Positions 1 through 9,183 of a stretch of DNA of 64,000 bases are shown in pieces. The stretch is from a virus (lineage: Duplodnaviria; Heunggongvirae; Uroviricota; Caudoviricetes), in the IMG/VR virus record IMGVR_UViG_2571042445_000002. The stretch is one strand, 5' to 3'. Below the pieces are notes generated by a model, which worked only from the letters and a program-made list of their open reading frames with translations, made no database searches and was not told where the DNA came from. Position numbers and translations under genes: made by a program. Within the stretch, counting starts at the first letter, position 1. Each line of letters begins with the position of its first letter.

Positions 1-2
1 AC

Positions 3-1172
3 GGGCGATATATCACTGACGGCCTGTCCTCTAAGGATTTCACACGCGTATTTGAACTCATCAGGAAAGAGCAAAACCGCAAACGCCGCCAGGCGAACAG
101 GACACTCACGCCGGGCAGGCTTAGGAATAAATCAGCCGAAGACATTCTTAAGCTGGGGAAAAAGAAAGGCGGCACGTTCTTTACGCGTGACGATCTGAAA
201 GGCTTCGAAAAGCTGCGAAGCAAAGCTCGCGAAAAATACGACAGCAAGACGGCTGGCATTACATACGCACAACTGGTAGCGTCCAGCCAGGCTATCGATA
301 TTAAGCGAGCAAATAACGCCGTAGACGACGGTTCTGGTATCAAAAGAGCTACGCCCGTATCTCTTCGTCACAATGTGATTAATATCCGCGTGGAAGCGTC
401 CGATATATCCGTTCACCAGCACCACATTGTCCGGGTACGTTTTGAAGAATGGGATCAGATGGTCGATGACATCGCAGAAGACGATAAATCAGCCCTGAAA
501 GTCACAAAATCACTGTGTGCCGGGCGAGTGTCTTTCGATTGTGACTGCGGTCGCCATCAATACTGGTATCGCTACATCGCCACTGCGGGTAACTTTGCCC
601 TGGCCCCGCCAAAAGAATACGCCTATCCAAAAGTTCGCAACCCTAAGCTGCAAGGCGTCGCCTGTAAACATGTGATCCACTCAATGACACGACTACAGTC
701 TGCCAGTTGGCAGATGAGTATTGCTCGTGCGCTACAAAAGGCTGCAACGCAAATTGCATTTGGTGACGATCGCCGCCGTACAACCAAACACTTCTCAAAA
801 GAAGACGAGAAGGAGTTTAATCGCAATCGTAGCAGTAAAACGAACGTTGAAGCCGCCAAACGCGAATGGAGGCTCTATCAGAAGCGCCAGGCAGCTTTAA
901 GTACAAAACTGGCGAAGGACAACGGCAAGATCGACAAGCTACGTGACCAACTGACCAGGGCCAGAAAGTTGTCAGACGCACAGAAAAAACGAGCGGCAGC
1001 AAAAGAAGCGGCCTTGCAACGTGAGAAACAGAAAAACAAGGAGCTTCAGCAACGCCTTGCCGATCAGTTCGCACTGAAGAAGCAGGCGTTCATTGATGCG
1101 CTGGTCATGGCAGGAACGTCACCTGAGCAAGCTGAAAAAATGTTTATGGAGTATGTGAAGAAAGGTTCTTAA
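3..1172 (+). CDS. hypothetical protein, 5' end outside window; SWIM-like CxC...CxH zinc-finger motif and K/E/R-rich coiled-coil C-terminus
   Basis: Frame is open from the window edge to the stop at 1172; motif FDCDCGRHQ...ACKHVIH; followed by hairpin plus T-run at 1181-1206. Confidence 0.5.
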   Translation, partial: GRYITDGLSSKDFTRVFELIRKEQNRKRRQANRTLTPGRLRNKSAEDILKLGKKKGGTFFTRDDLKGFEKLRSKAREKYDSKTAGITYAQLVASSQAIDIKRANNAVDDGSGIKRATPVSLRHNVINIRVEASDISVHQHHIVRVRFEEWDQMVDDIAEDDKSALKVTKSLCAGRVSFDCDCGRHQYWYRYIATAGNFALAPPKEYAYPKVRNPKLQGVACKHVIHSMTRLQSASWQMSIARALQKAATQIAFGDDRRRTTKHFSKEDEKEFNRNRSSKTNVEAAKREWRLYQKRQAALSTKLAKDNGKIDKLRDQLTRARKLSDAQKKRAAAKEAALQREKQKNKELQQRLADQFALKKQAFIDALVMAGTSPEQAEKMFMEYVKKGS

Positions 1173-1180
1173 TTTACAAC

Positions 1181-1206
1181 AAAGGCGGTTATCCCGCCTT
1201 TTATAT
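1181..1206. terminator. hairpin (AAAGGCGG-TTATC-CCGCCTTT) with T-run between convergent genes
   Basis: 8-bp GC-rich stem followed by TTTTATATT on + strand; lies between the stops of 3..1172 (+) and 1206..1955 (-). Confidence 0.55.
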
Positions 1207-1955
1207 TACTTGTCCTTTGATGTCGATTGAGACTCATATATTGTCTCTACGTCATCTATTAGTTTATTAATACCCCACAATCCAGTGTCTTTATAAAAAT
1301 CGCTTTCTTCAATTGCTTTTAATAAATCGGCAAAATCTTCTTGGGTGGAAATTCTTTTCTTTTTTGCTTTATATACATCGACAATTACTTTTATGCCGTG
1401 ATACAGAGCCACTCTGGCACTCTCAGTCTCTCTCTTCTTCTCTTCAATTGCAGACAATAATTTATATTGATCTTCTGTTTGCTTTTCTAGACTTAAAAGC
1501 TTGCTCTCTTTTTGCTTCAAGTTGATCTGCAACTCTTTTATTCTTGCCCTCTCTTCTAAATCAAACTCATAGTCAATGTATCTAATTCTTGCATAGTTCC
1601 TGCCTGTTGCTTTTGATATATACATTGTTATATAAGGCATTACCACTGACGCAGTGGTTCCATATATAAATGGCATAACAAAATGAGCCACAAACGGAGA
1701 TACAATGATGGGGCCAACATAAGGAAAGTGATATTTCTCACCAACCCATACTATAGACAATGTTGTATATATATCGTACTTTGATTTAAATAATATAATA
1801 ATATCCTGCCAATTAACGACAAAAAAAGAAACCACAACATATGCAAACAACTTATTGAATAACTTGTCTCTTATGGCTTCTTCTATTGTGTTCCTGACTG
1901 TGACATTTTCATCTTTATTTTCTAATGATGAATCTTTGCTCATATAAAAATTCAA
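1206..1955 (-). CDS. hypothetical membrane protein with C-terminal coiled-coil; AT-rich cargo gene
   Basis: 249-aa ORF; hydrophobic segments (FAYVVVSFFVV, IVWVGEKYHFPYVGPIIVSPFVAHFVMPFIYG) followed by charged heptad-like region; local AT-richness contrasts with neighbours. Confidence 0.45.
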   Translation of the reverse strand: MNFYMSKDSSLENKDENVTVRNTIEEAIRDKLFNKLFAYVVVSFFVVNWQDIIILFKSKYDIYTTLSIVWVGEKYHFPYVGPIIVSPFVAHFVMPFIYGTTASVVMPYITMYISKATGRNYARIRYIDYEFDLEERARIKELQINLKQKESKLLSLEKQTEDQYKLLSAIEEKKRETESARVALYHGIKVIVDVYKAKKKRISTQEDFADLLKAIEESDFYKDTGLWGINKLIDDVETIYESQSTSKDK

Positions 1956-2004
1956 ACCTTCTTATCTTTATTTTTGGTGAAGGCGGTCTTCCAGACCGCC
2001 AAAC

Positions 2005-2385
2005 TCAAACACCAACCAGGCTTTCAAGAGGAATGCCAAACTGGGAATGTAAACGACGAATCATAGGTAACGTCAAATTTCGCGTGCCATTAAGCACTTC
2101 GTAAACACGGTTTGACTTACCAATTGCCGGTTCCAGATCCTTCACTGTCAGCCCTTGCTGTTCCATACGAAACTTAATGGCTTCAATAGGTGATGGTGGC
2201 TCAATTGGGTAATGCTTTTTCTCGTACTCTTCGATGAGCAGGCACATTACTTCAAAGAAATCGCCTTCCGGTGTGTTCATTTCCGGTTCGTTATCGAACA
2301 TCGGTTCGACCGCACGCAGTGCGGCCTCATAATCTTGTTCTGTACGGATAGGTTTAATGTTCATTAATTCCAAAGGAAAGCCCAC
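2005..2385 (-). CDS. XRE-family HTH protein with HigA-like (N-terminal domain + C-terminal HTH) antitoxin architecture
   Basis: C-terminal Cro/C1-type HTH (GLTVKDLEPAIGKSNRVYEVLNGTRNLTLPMIRRL); 35 bp downstream of the higA-like gene on the same strand. Confidence 0.5.
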   Translation of the reverse strand: MGFPLELMNIKPIRTEQDYEAALRAVEPMFDNEPEMNTPEGDFFEVMCLLIEEYEKKHYPIEPPSPIEAIKFRMEQQGLTVKDLEPAIGKSNRVYEVLNGTRNLTLPMIRRLHSQFGIPLESLVGV

Positions 2386-2420
2386 TTGTTAAGTGGGCTT
2401 TTTGTATGTGTTTAACTATA

Positions 2421-2759
2421 TCAGGCTGCTTTTTTATTCAGGTTCCGCTGAGAAATAAATTTTTCAGCAGTATTGATACGACTTAACTCTTCCTGAACGC
2501 GCATATCATTTTCGACTTCCCACAGGTCTACTGCGGTCTGAAGATTAATCCAAAAATCTACAGAAGTATCGAATGCTTTTGCCAGGCGATATGCCATATC
2601 CATCGTTAGCTTACGATTGTTATTAACAAGAGCACTTACGGTGTTACGATGAACATGAAGTATTTCTGCTAACTCGTTGATCTTAAGCTCTAACGGCTCC
2701 AGGTATTCGTACAGCAGGATATCACCTACAGTCGTCGGTTTTCTGGTTGCCTGTTTCAT
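2421..2759 (-). CDS. higA: HigA-family antitoxin (HTH)
   Basis: 112 aa; HTH segment TVGDILLYEYLEPLELKINELAEILHVHRNTVSALV; directly follows toxin gene (toxin-first order typical of higBA). Confidence 0.6.
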   Translation of the reverse strand: MKQATRKPTTVGDILLYEYLEPLELKINELAEILHVHRNTVSALVNNNRKLTMDMAYRLAKAFDTSVDFWINLQTAVDLWEVENDMRVQEELSRINTAEKFISQRNLNKKAA

Positions 2760-2830
2760 TTTTTGCCCTTACTAGCGTGCGTATTAAGTGGACTCTGGTC
2801 AGTACCCGGCTCATCCGCCGGGTATTTGTT

Positions 2831-3133
2831 TTAGTATTTGTGAGGGTCGAGATACAAGTCCTCGGCCTTTCCGTTAACCCACTTAAAAATTAACCTGTAT
2901 TGCTTATTCACCCTTATTGATGAATAGCCGTTTAGCTTCCCTGACAATTCCTCATACCGATTACCTGGTGGTGATCTCAAGTCCTTCCAAGTAGTTGCAG
3001 CATTGATAATATCCAGCTTCCGCAACAATGTAATCTGAATATCAGAAGGTATCTTTTTGTGTGGTATTGAAAATTCAAAAAAATCATCAAGCCACTCATC
3101 CCTGAAATTCTTTATGTTAATCTTTTTGCTCAT
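2831..3133 (-). CDS. higB: HigB-family toxin (RelE/ParE superfamily mRNA interferase)
   Basis: 100 aa; C-terminal SIRVNKQYRLIFKWVNGKAEDLYLDPHKY resembles HigB/RelE core motifs; ATG at 3133. Confidence 0.6.
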   Translation of the reverse strand: MSKKINIKNFRDEWLDDFFEFSIPHKKIPSDIQITLLRKLDIINAATTWKDLRSPPGNRYEELSGKLNGYSSIRVNKQYRLIFKWVNGKAEDLYLDPHKY

Positions 3134-3296
3134 CGATCATTTTATCCTCCATGATTATTAATGAATGTCATAATGATAGCGCACCGTTGCACCGTGCGCA
3201 AGTGCATATTGTAACAATTCCCCTCCTCCATCCAAAATCACAATCTCCCGAAAATCTTCCTTTCGATACCTGATAAATCGACCTTTGAGGACGCTT

Positions 3297-4088
3297 ATGG
3301 GCCGTTTTGATGAATGGCTTGCTGATGATGCAAGCCTGATGAGAAAGGAAACAGAACATGACAGCACGCAGAGAGAAGAGACAACGACGGTTGAAGCGAA
3401 TGAAGGAAGCACAACGGAAAATGGGAATGTCAGTGCAGGGCCATTCAGTATTCTGGAAGAGCACGCCGCCACCCAATCTAATAGCCATGATAATTGGCCT
3501 GATAATGCTGGTGACTCTGTTACGGAAGTGATTGAACCTGACATCGCTCCCCTACCGGCATCGCTCGCTAACAGAGAACCAAACCAGCAGCTTAAAACCC
3601 GATATAACGGACATAAAGCGTTCAACGACCAGATCCGCGCCGATTGGATGCTCATTATTGAATCAAGCCCTGACGCGTTCGAGGCGCTTTTATACCGCCC
3701 GGCTGATGGCACCTATGGCGTCGTAAACGATGAAACAGGTGAAGAGTCTTTCACGCAACTGGACAACAACCAGCGTGAGCTTACCTATCTGGAACCGGAA
3801 ATCGTATACGTCCTGGATAACCCGGACGGAAGGGATTCGTTTCATGCCATTGATGCCGATGGAGAACAGGATGGTCTTGCTGATGAAGTGCTAATCCTGC
3901 GTATTGCTGCAAACAACGTACCTGTTGGTTCAATCCTGGAATGGAACGAAGAAATGGCGAATGGCCTCGCCCGCCGCTGGTGGTACGTGCATCGAATCTT
4001 CAGCTACGGAACACAACACGTCGGCTCCCTTTATTACTGCATCCCGGCCAGGAACTTTGATACCACTCAAAACGGAGTGATCGAATGA
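3297..4088 (+). CDS. hypothetical phage protein (first gene of a 4-gene overlapping operon)
   Basis: ATG at 3297 preceded by GAGG at 3287-3290; stop overlaps next start (ATGA at 4085). Confidence 0.45.
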   Translation: MGRFDEWLADDASLMRKETEHDSTQREETTTVEANEGSTTENGNVSAGPFSILEEHAATQSNSHDNWPDNAGDSVTEVIEPDIAPLPASLANREPNQQLKTRYNGHKAFNDQIRADWMLIIESSPDAFEALLYRPADGTYGVVNDETGEESFTQLDNNQRELTYLEPEIVYVLDNPDGRDSFHAIDADGEQDGLADEVLILRIAANNVPVGSILEWNEEMANGLARRWWYVHRIFSYGTQHVGSLYYCIPARNFDTTQNGVIE

Positions 4089-4852
4089 CACCCAACAAAA
4101 CTCTCCTGTCCCGCATTGGCGAGTGGCAGACAACGCGTACTGGAAAATTCCAGACAACTGGTCTGGAAAGAGTGGATAACGCTTTTGCTACGCTAATCAG
4201 TGACATTTTTTCTGACGTAACGCTGGTGGAACCAGCAAAAGAAGAAAGGCGCTTTGCATCATTCCTGAGTCGCCCACCAGCGGAGCGTGTTTATGTTGCC
4301 CGTTTTGATAACGCGGTCGAGTTCCTTAAAGCGGTTCGCCGTGCTAATGCCGGGCAAGGGAGAAAGCCAGAGAATCCGAACATTAATCGCGATGCACTCC
4401 CTCTGATTAATATCTCGCGCTCAATGGATATCAGCTATATCAACAATGACCAGCAGATAGACCGCAAAAGCTGTGATCACTTCTGCGAACCTGGCAGCGG
4501 TATGCCTTTAGTAGCCCTGGAATACACCCAGGCAAATCTGACGTATGACGTTACATTAATGGCGACGGATAAGGCGACCATGAGTCTGATGTGTAATTCG
4601 CTAGGAGCACGTCTTCGCTTGATGGCAGGAACGCAGTTTGAAGCAACAACCCCGCTGGTACGAGTACCCGTCCCGCTAATTTGCGCGATTCAGGATGCTA
4701 AAGACATCAGTTTTACTGATGTTTCAGCCCCGATTGGGGAAGAGCGTATTTATGCTGCACAAACGGCAATTAGTGTTATAGCAGACGTGATCACCGCCTG
4801 GGAGCTGGACGCGAAACGAATTATTACTGAAACCTCTCTGAGAATGGGGTAA
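4085..4852 (+). CDS. hypothetical phage protein
   Basis: 255-aa ORF translationally coupled to flanking genes. Confidence 0.45.
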   Translation: MTPNKTLLSRIGEWQTTRTGKFQTTGLERVDNAFATLISDIFSDVTLVEPAKEERRFASFLSRPPAERVYVARFDNAVEFLKAVRRANAGQGRKPENPNINRDALPLINISRSMDISYINNDQQIDRKSCDHFCEPGSGMPLVALEYTQANLTYDVTLMATDKATMSLMCNSLGARLRLMAGTQFEATTPLVRVPVPLICAIQDAKDISFTDVSAPIGEERIYAAQTAISVIADVITAWELDAKRIITETSLRMG

Positions 4853-4855
4853 GCC

Positions 4856-5836
4856 ATGTCCCAGGAGCTACAGCAATACTTTCTACAGTCCGTTACCATC
4901 AACGGAAACAAAGTACCCAGGGAGTGGATATTCACTGCCGTATATGTGGAAAAGGCAAACCTGCGTGCACCATTGCTGAAACTGGAAATTCACGACATTA
5001 CCGGCACCATAATTGATGACTGGAAAACAAAATACGGCGCAGCACTGGTTGCAGAGATGGGAGATCCACAAGGCAATTCAGGCACGTTTAAAACAACTTT
5101 TTTCGTAACATCTGCGGTGCTGGCTGGTGATGTCATCACGGTCATTGCAGTCAGTGAAGACGTTCGGATATTTAAGATCCCCGCCATACGGGCTAACCTG
5201 CATACAAATAAAACGCCTGATACCATTTTCAAGACGTATACCGGTACACTGAAAATCGCCTCCAGCGCATTGAAACGAAGCTGTACGTACCATCTTTCCG
5301 CCGGGGAAAAACCCTCCAAAATGCTATCTGAAATGGCCCGCGATAAAGGCGCTTTATGCTGGGCCTGCCGTGGTCAGTTTAACTTTTATACATTAGCTGA
5401 CCTTATGAAAGCCAAACCATCATTCACCTATGAAGGGAACAACCCCAGGGCGGAATACACGATTTCAAAAATGAGGCTTATACAGCAAGAGTATGCCGTT
5501 ACGGCAAATACTCAGTATCGATTTACCGGCTATTCAATGACTGAAGGCTATGTCGAATATGGCGATAGCTCACTTCCAATACGCTATATATCCGATCCGG
5601 ATATGGAAACTCTGCGCAATATGCAATTGTCGCTCGTACCCAAAATGGATATTGAGGTCGCGGGTAATCCCGACATCACGCCGGGAATGGTTATTGAGAT
5701 CCTCGTGTATCGTTACGACCAGGAAAATAAGCTGGACGAATCGTTGCCTCGTAAGCTGTTGGTGAAAAACGTAGCCCATTTTGAGGACCGGATCGGCTAT
5801 ACAACACGAATGATATTAGGAGTACCCAACCAGTGA
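4856..5836 (+). CDS. hypothetical protein, possibly baseplate hub (gpD/gp27-like)
   Basis: 326-aa ORF immediately upstream of and overlapping the spike-like gene; functional assignment is by position only. Confidence 0.4.
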   Translation: MSQELQQYFLQSVTINGNKVPREWIFTAVYVEKANLRAPLLKLEIHDITGTIIDDWKTKYGAALVAEMGDPQGNSGTFKTTFFVTSAVLAGDVITVIAVSEDVRIFKIPAIRANLHTNKTPDTIFKTYTGTLKIASSALKRSCTYHLSAGEKPSKMLSEMARDKGALCWACRGQFNFYTLADLMKAKPSFTYEGNNPRAEYTISKMRLIQQEYAVTANTQYRFTGYSMTEGYVEYGDSSLPIRYISDPDMETLRNMQLSLVPKMDIEVAGNPDITPGMVIEILVYRYDQENKLDESLPRKLLVKNVAHFEDRIGYTTRMILGVPNQ

Positions 5837-6510
5837 AACGCAGAGCGCAAATCGTAGGGACCAAACACCCTGCCGGACTTATGCGAGCGCAGGTCCGCAT
5901 ACTGCCTGACTGGAACGGTGTACCGGATGAAGACCTCCCATGGGCAGAGTATCAAATGCCTATCGGTAACGCCTTTACACCTACAGTCAGCGGCGATTTA
6001 GTCTGGGTCGAATTTCCTTATCTGGATGCTAAAGGCAGGATAGACACGCGCCGACCTTTAATCGTTGGTGCGGCGCAGGATGCCCCAGGAGGCGTACCAA
6101 ATGTGCCTCCGGAAGCCTCCGGACAAGGAAGTGCATGGTCGCCAGAAGAAGTTGATGGTGCCCCTGCCCGCCCCCAGTTTTCGGCGACTGAAGATTTTGT
6201 TATTCACCGAAACAATATCCTTGAGGTCAGAACGGCTGGCGGTGGCTATGAAATAGCAAACACCGCCGCAGGATCAAGGATAGGGATGAACGAATCCGGC
6301 CAGATTTACATAATCGGCCCGGCGAATATAGTGCTTAATGCTGGAGGTGAGGTTAACGTCAAATCAAGCAGCAAAACCAATGTATCCTCAGATGGAGACG
6401 TTAATGTAAAAGGCAGCAATGTAACCGTCGCAGCTGATGGTGATATAGCCCTGAAAGCTGGTGGCGCGCTAAAAGCAACAGCGAGCAATTTCTCCTTTGT
6501 GAAGGGATAG
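5833..6510 (+). CDS. baseplate central spike protein (gpV/Mu gp45-like)
   Basis: N-terminal OB-fold-like segment (PWAEYQMPIGNAFTPTVSGDLVWVEFPYLD) and C-terminal beta-helix-like G/V/N-rich repeats (NVKSSSKTNVSSDGDVNVKGSNVTVAADGDIALKAGG). Confidence 0.5.
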   Translation: MKRRAQIVGTKHPAGLMRAQVRILPDWNGVPDEDLPWAEYQMPIGNAFTPTVSGDLVWVEFPYLDAKGRIDTRRPLIVGAAQDAPGGVPNVPPEASGQGSAWSPEEVDGAPARPQFSATEDFVIHRNNILEVRTAGGGYEIANTAAGSRIGMNESGQIYIIGPANIVLNAGGEVNVKSSSKTNVSSDGDVNVKGSNVTVAADGDIALKAGGALKATASNFSFVKG

Positions 6511-6516
6511 CAAAAT

Positions 6517-6564
6517 GCAAAACTGTGTTAGATAATTGAGTTTTGTTTTCTAACACAGTTTTGC
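6517..6564. promoter_or_regulatory. perfect 15-bp inverted repeat (GCAAAACTGTGTTAG ... CTAACACAGTTTTGC) containing the dispersed TGTTAGA/TCTAACA operator-like motif
   Basis: Arms at 6517-6531 and 6550-6564, 18-bp spacer; ends 5 bp before the rdgC start. Confidence 0.5.
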
Positions 6565-6569
6565 TAAAC

Positions 6570-7475
6570 ATGAGATTAGTCGCCTTTAAAAACATATACG
6601 TCTATCGCCTTGCCCGCGAAATAAAACTGGACTCAACCACCGTTAGTGATGCCTTAAGCCAATTCACATTCACTCCATGCGCATCACAAGAAATGGCAAA
6701 AGTCGGATGGGTGCCGGTTCTGGCTGACAACCTGATCCATGAATACCACGGTTTTCTACTTCTCCAGCAACAGCGAGAAATTAAGCTCCTGCCCTCTCAT
6801 GTCATTAAGGAGGAAGTGCAGAAAAAAGTGGAAAAGCTCGAAAATGAGCAATCTCGTAAGCTGAAGAAGTCGGAAAAAAACACCCTGAAGGATGAAGTTC
6901 TCCACTCTTTGTTGCCTCGCGCATTCACTCGCAAATCATTGTCGCGAATCCTTATTGATCGCGACAACTATCTGGTCTTCGTAGAAGCTTCCAGCGCCAG
7001 AAAAGCTGAAGAAATGCTGGCGCTCTTACGTAAATCACTTGGCAGCCTGCCAGTGATTCCATTCACGCCGATAGAACCGCTCGAAATGACTATGACCGAA
7101 TGGTTCAAGTCAACATTTCCTCAAGGCTTTAAAGCAGGCGAAGAAGCCATATTGAAATCTCTGTTCGATGACGGCGGCGCAGTTCGTTGCAAGAAAGTAG
7201 ACCTACAGTCAGAGGAAATAATGACTCATATTGAAGCCGGAAAAGTTGCAACAACAGTTGCAATCAACTGGCAGGACCGCGCGACCTTCAGGTTAAACGA
7301 TGACATGAGCATCAAAGCACTGACGTTTTGCGATGATCTCTATGACCAGAACGATGACATCGACCGTGAAGATGTTGCCCAGCGATTTGATGCTGACTTC
7401 ATTCTGTTCACAAGCGAATTATCCGCGATGTTTAGCTCGCTGGTGGAGGCCATTGGCGGTGAAGCAGAGCATTAA
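6570..7475 (+). CDS. rdgC: recombination-associated protein RdgC
   Basis: N-terminus MRLVAFKNIYVYRL, internal LKKSEKNTLKDEVLHSLLPRAF and DIDREDVAQRFDADFIL, C-terminus GGEAEH closely parallel E. coli RdgC as recalled; no obvious SD. Confidence 0.8.
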   Translation: MRLVAFKNIYVYRLAREIKLDSTTVSDALSQFTFTPCASQEMAKVGWVPVLADNLIHEYHGFLLLQQQREIKLLPSHVIKEEVQKKVEKLENEQSRKLKKSEKNTLKDEVLHSLLPRAFTRKSLSRILIDRDNYLVFVEASSARKAEEMLALLRKSLGSLPVIPFTPIEPLEMTMTEWFKSTFPQGFKAGEEAILKSLFDDGGAVRCKKVDLQSEEIMTHIEAGKVATTVAINWQDRATFRLNDDMSIKALTFCDDLYDQNDDIDREDVAQRFDADFILFTSELSAMFSSLVEAIGGEAEH

Positions 7476-7491
7476 TAACCGACCGCTGGCG

Positions 7492-8139
7492 GTGAGTCTT
7501 TGTGATTATACAGGGAATATGGTTTCCCCCTGGCTGGAACACGGCATTGATGCAGTCATTGTCGATCCGCAACACCAGGAGTCCGGCAGCCAATTGATGG
7601 AGTCAGGTGCTGTACTCACACGTATCAGCGCAATTATTGACAGTGATGAGGTCTACAATTTCCTTCGGAAAAATTTGCACAGAGTTGTATTTTTAGCCGG
7701 TTTCCCTCCGTGTACTGACCTGGCTGTATCTGGCGCACGCTGGTTCGCAGATAAAGCGAAAAAAGATCCGGTTTTCCAGTTCAAAGCAATGCAGGTTGTC
7801 TGGCAGTGTTACGACATTGCAAAGATGATTGGTTGCCCGTACATGATTGAAAACCCGGTCAGCCAAATATCGACATTCTGGCGTAAACCTGATCACATAT
7901 TCCATCCTTATCACTTCACTGCATATTGCAAGGAAGACAATTACACCAAAAAAACATGCCTGTGGAGCGGACAAGGATTCATCATGCCAACTCCGCGAAT
8001 CGACGAGTCGTTAGGTGATCCAGACAACCGAATACACAAGGCACCGCCAGGACCTGAAAGAGCGAATTTTCGTAGCGCGACACCTTACGGTTTTGCAAGA
8101 GCTGTATTTGAAGCAAATAAGGAGGGAATCCGTGGCTGA
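7492..8139 (+). CDS. short C5-cytosine DNA methyltransferase-like protein (start uncertain: GTG 7492 or ATG 7519)
   Basis: Motif GFPPCTDLAVSGARW resembles C5-MTase PCQ motif IV; MIENPV resembles ENV motif VI; N-terminal SAM motif degenerate; only ~215 aa. Confidence 0.45.
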   Translation: MSLCDYTGNMVSPWLEHGIDAVIVDPQHQESGSQLMESGAVLTRISAIIDSDEVYNFLRKNLHRVVFLAGFPPCTDLAVSGARWFADKAKKDPVFQFKAMQVVWQCYDIAKMIGCPYMIENPVSQISTFWRKPDHIFHPYHFTAYCKEDNYTKKTCLWSGQGFIMPTPRIDESLGDPDNRIHKAPPGPERANFRSATPYGFARAVFEANKEGIRG

Positions 8140-9049
8140 TATTGGTGCTAAATTTATTTCTTATAGCGACAATCATCGTCCTGCGGCGGAAGCCACTATC
8201 AGCCATATGCGACGTATTCGCTCGGAGGACGAATTTGATCGCCCCGTCTTTAAGTGGGTCGGCGGCAAATTTTCTGCACTGCCCATTATCTTCGAACACC
8301 TGCCCCACGGAAAACGGTTGATAGAACCTTTCGTTGGAGGTGGCGCTGTTTTCACTAATGCCGGATTTAAAAGCAACCTGCTGAACGATATCAATAATGA
8401 CCTGATTAACTTCTATCAGACATTGCAGCGTGAAGGGCATTCTCTTATCACACTGGCATATCGTTTTTTTCAGGATTACAACTCTGCTGATGCATTTTTG
8501 AATGTTCGCAATGCATTCAACAATGGTGCTTATGATTCCCTTCACCATGCAGCGGCGTTCCTGTATCTCAATCGTCATTGTTTTAATGGCGTCACTCGCT
8601 ATAACCGTAAAGGAGAGTTCAACGTCGGATATGGAAAGCAGAAATCCCCCCACTTCCCTCTCGCGGAAATGGAGGCGTTCCTGGCTGACGATATTTCAAA
8701 GTATTCGGAATTTGTGTCCGGCGATTTTGCTGGTGTAATTGAGGCTGCAGGGAATGATGATGTGATTTTCTGCGATCCCCCCTATGAACCATTGCCCGAC
8801 ACTACCGGATTTACAAATTACTCAGGGCATAGCTTTAGGTTTGAAGATCAACAACGGCTGGTGTCACTGCTGGTGGATGCCCACAGACGCGGAGCGAAAA
8901 TTGTGATAACAAACAGTGGTGCGCCTAACATTCGCGAACTTTACGTTGGCAATGGCTTCAAGGTGTATCCTATGCCATCCCGTCGCTCTGTATCCTGTAA
9001 AGCATCAACCCGAATGATAGCTAACGACATTATAGCCACGCTCAATTAA
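8132..9049 (+). CDS. dam: DNA adenine methyltransferase (Dam family, GATC-type)
   Basis: FKWVGGK...EPFVGGGAVF (motif I) and DPPY (motif IV) in Dam order; GTG start at 8132 preceded by AAGGAGGG; alternative ATG at 8207; overlaps previous gene by 8 nt. Confidence 0.8.
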   Translation: MADIGAKFISYSDNHRPAAEATISHMRRIRSEDEFDRPVFKWVGGKFSALPIIFEHLPHGKRLIEPFVGGGAVFTNAGFKSNLLNDINNDLINFYQTLQREGHSLITLAYRFFQDYNSADAFLNVRNAFNNGAYDSLHHAAAFLYLNRHCFNGVTRYNRKGEFNVGYGKQKSPHFPLAEMEAFLADDISKYSEFVSGDFAGVIEAAGNDDVIFCDPPYEPLPDTTGFTNYSGHSFRFEDQQRLVSLLVDAHRRGAKIVITNSGAPNIRELYVGNGFKVYPMPSRRSVSCKASTRMIANDIIATLN

Positions 9050-9051
9050 GA

Positions 9052-9074
9052 AAAGCCCCATATGGGGCTTTATA
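9052..9074. terminator. hairpin AAAGCCCCA-TAT-GGGGCTTT downstream of dam
   Basis: 8-bp GC stem, short U-tract. Confidence 0.45.
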
Positions 9075-9094
9075 ACATCAAATAAACGCCATTA

Positions 9095-9180
9095 CGGTAC
9101 ACTAATAACACCATTCTGGTACTAAAAAGGCATCAAGGTAGTATCAAAATACCACATGGAACCAAAACGGTGTTATTCCG
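9095..9180. repeat. centromere-like repeats downstream of the ParA/ParG-like operon
   Basis: AACACCATTCTGGTACTAAAAAGG and inverted CCAAAACGGTGTT; near-identical copy AACACCGTTTTGGTACTAAAAGAA at 10300-10323 on the other side of the operon. Confidence 0.45.
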
Positions 9181-9183
9181 GCG

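Noticed and set aside
1982-2000. Hairpin GGCGGTCT-TCC-AGACCGCC between the HTH gene and the AT-rich membrane gene, initially taken as a terminator
   Set aside because: The T-run lies on the 5' side on the + strand and an A-run follows on the - strand, so it does not fit an intrinsic terminator for either flanking gene; function unclear.
3158-3712. Minus-strand ORFs overlapping the 3297-4088 gene and the higB promoter region
   Set aside because: Overlap a + strand gene with SD and translational coupling to downstream genes; no independent support.
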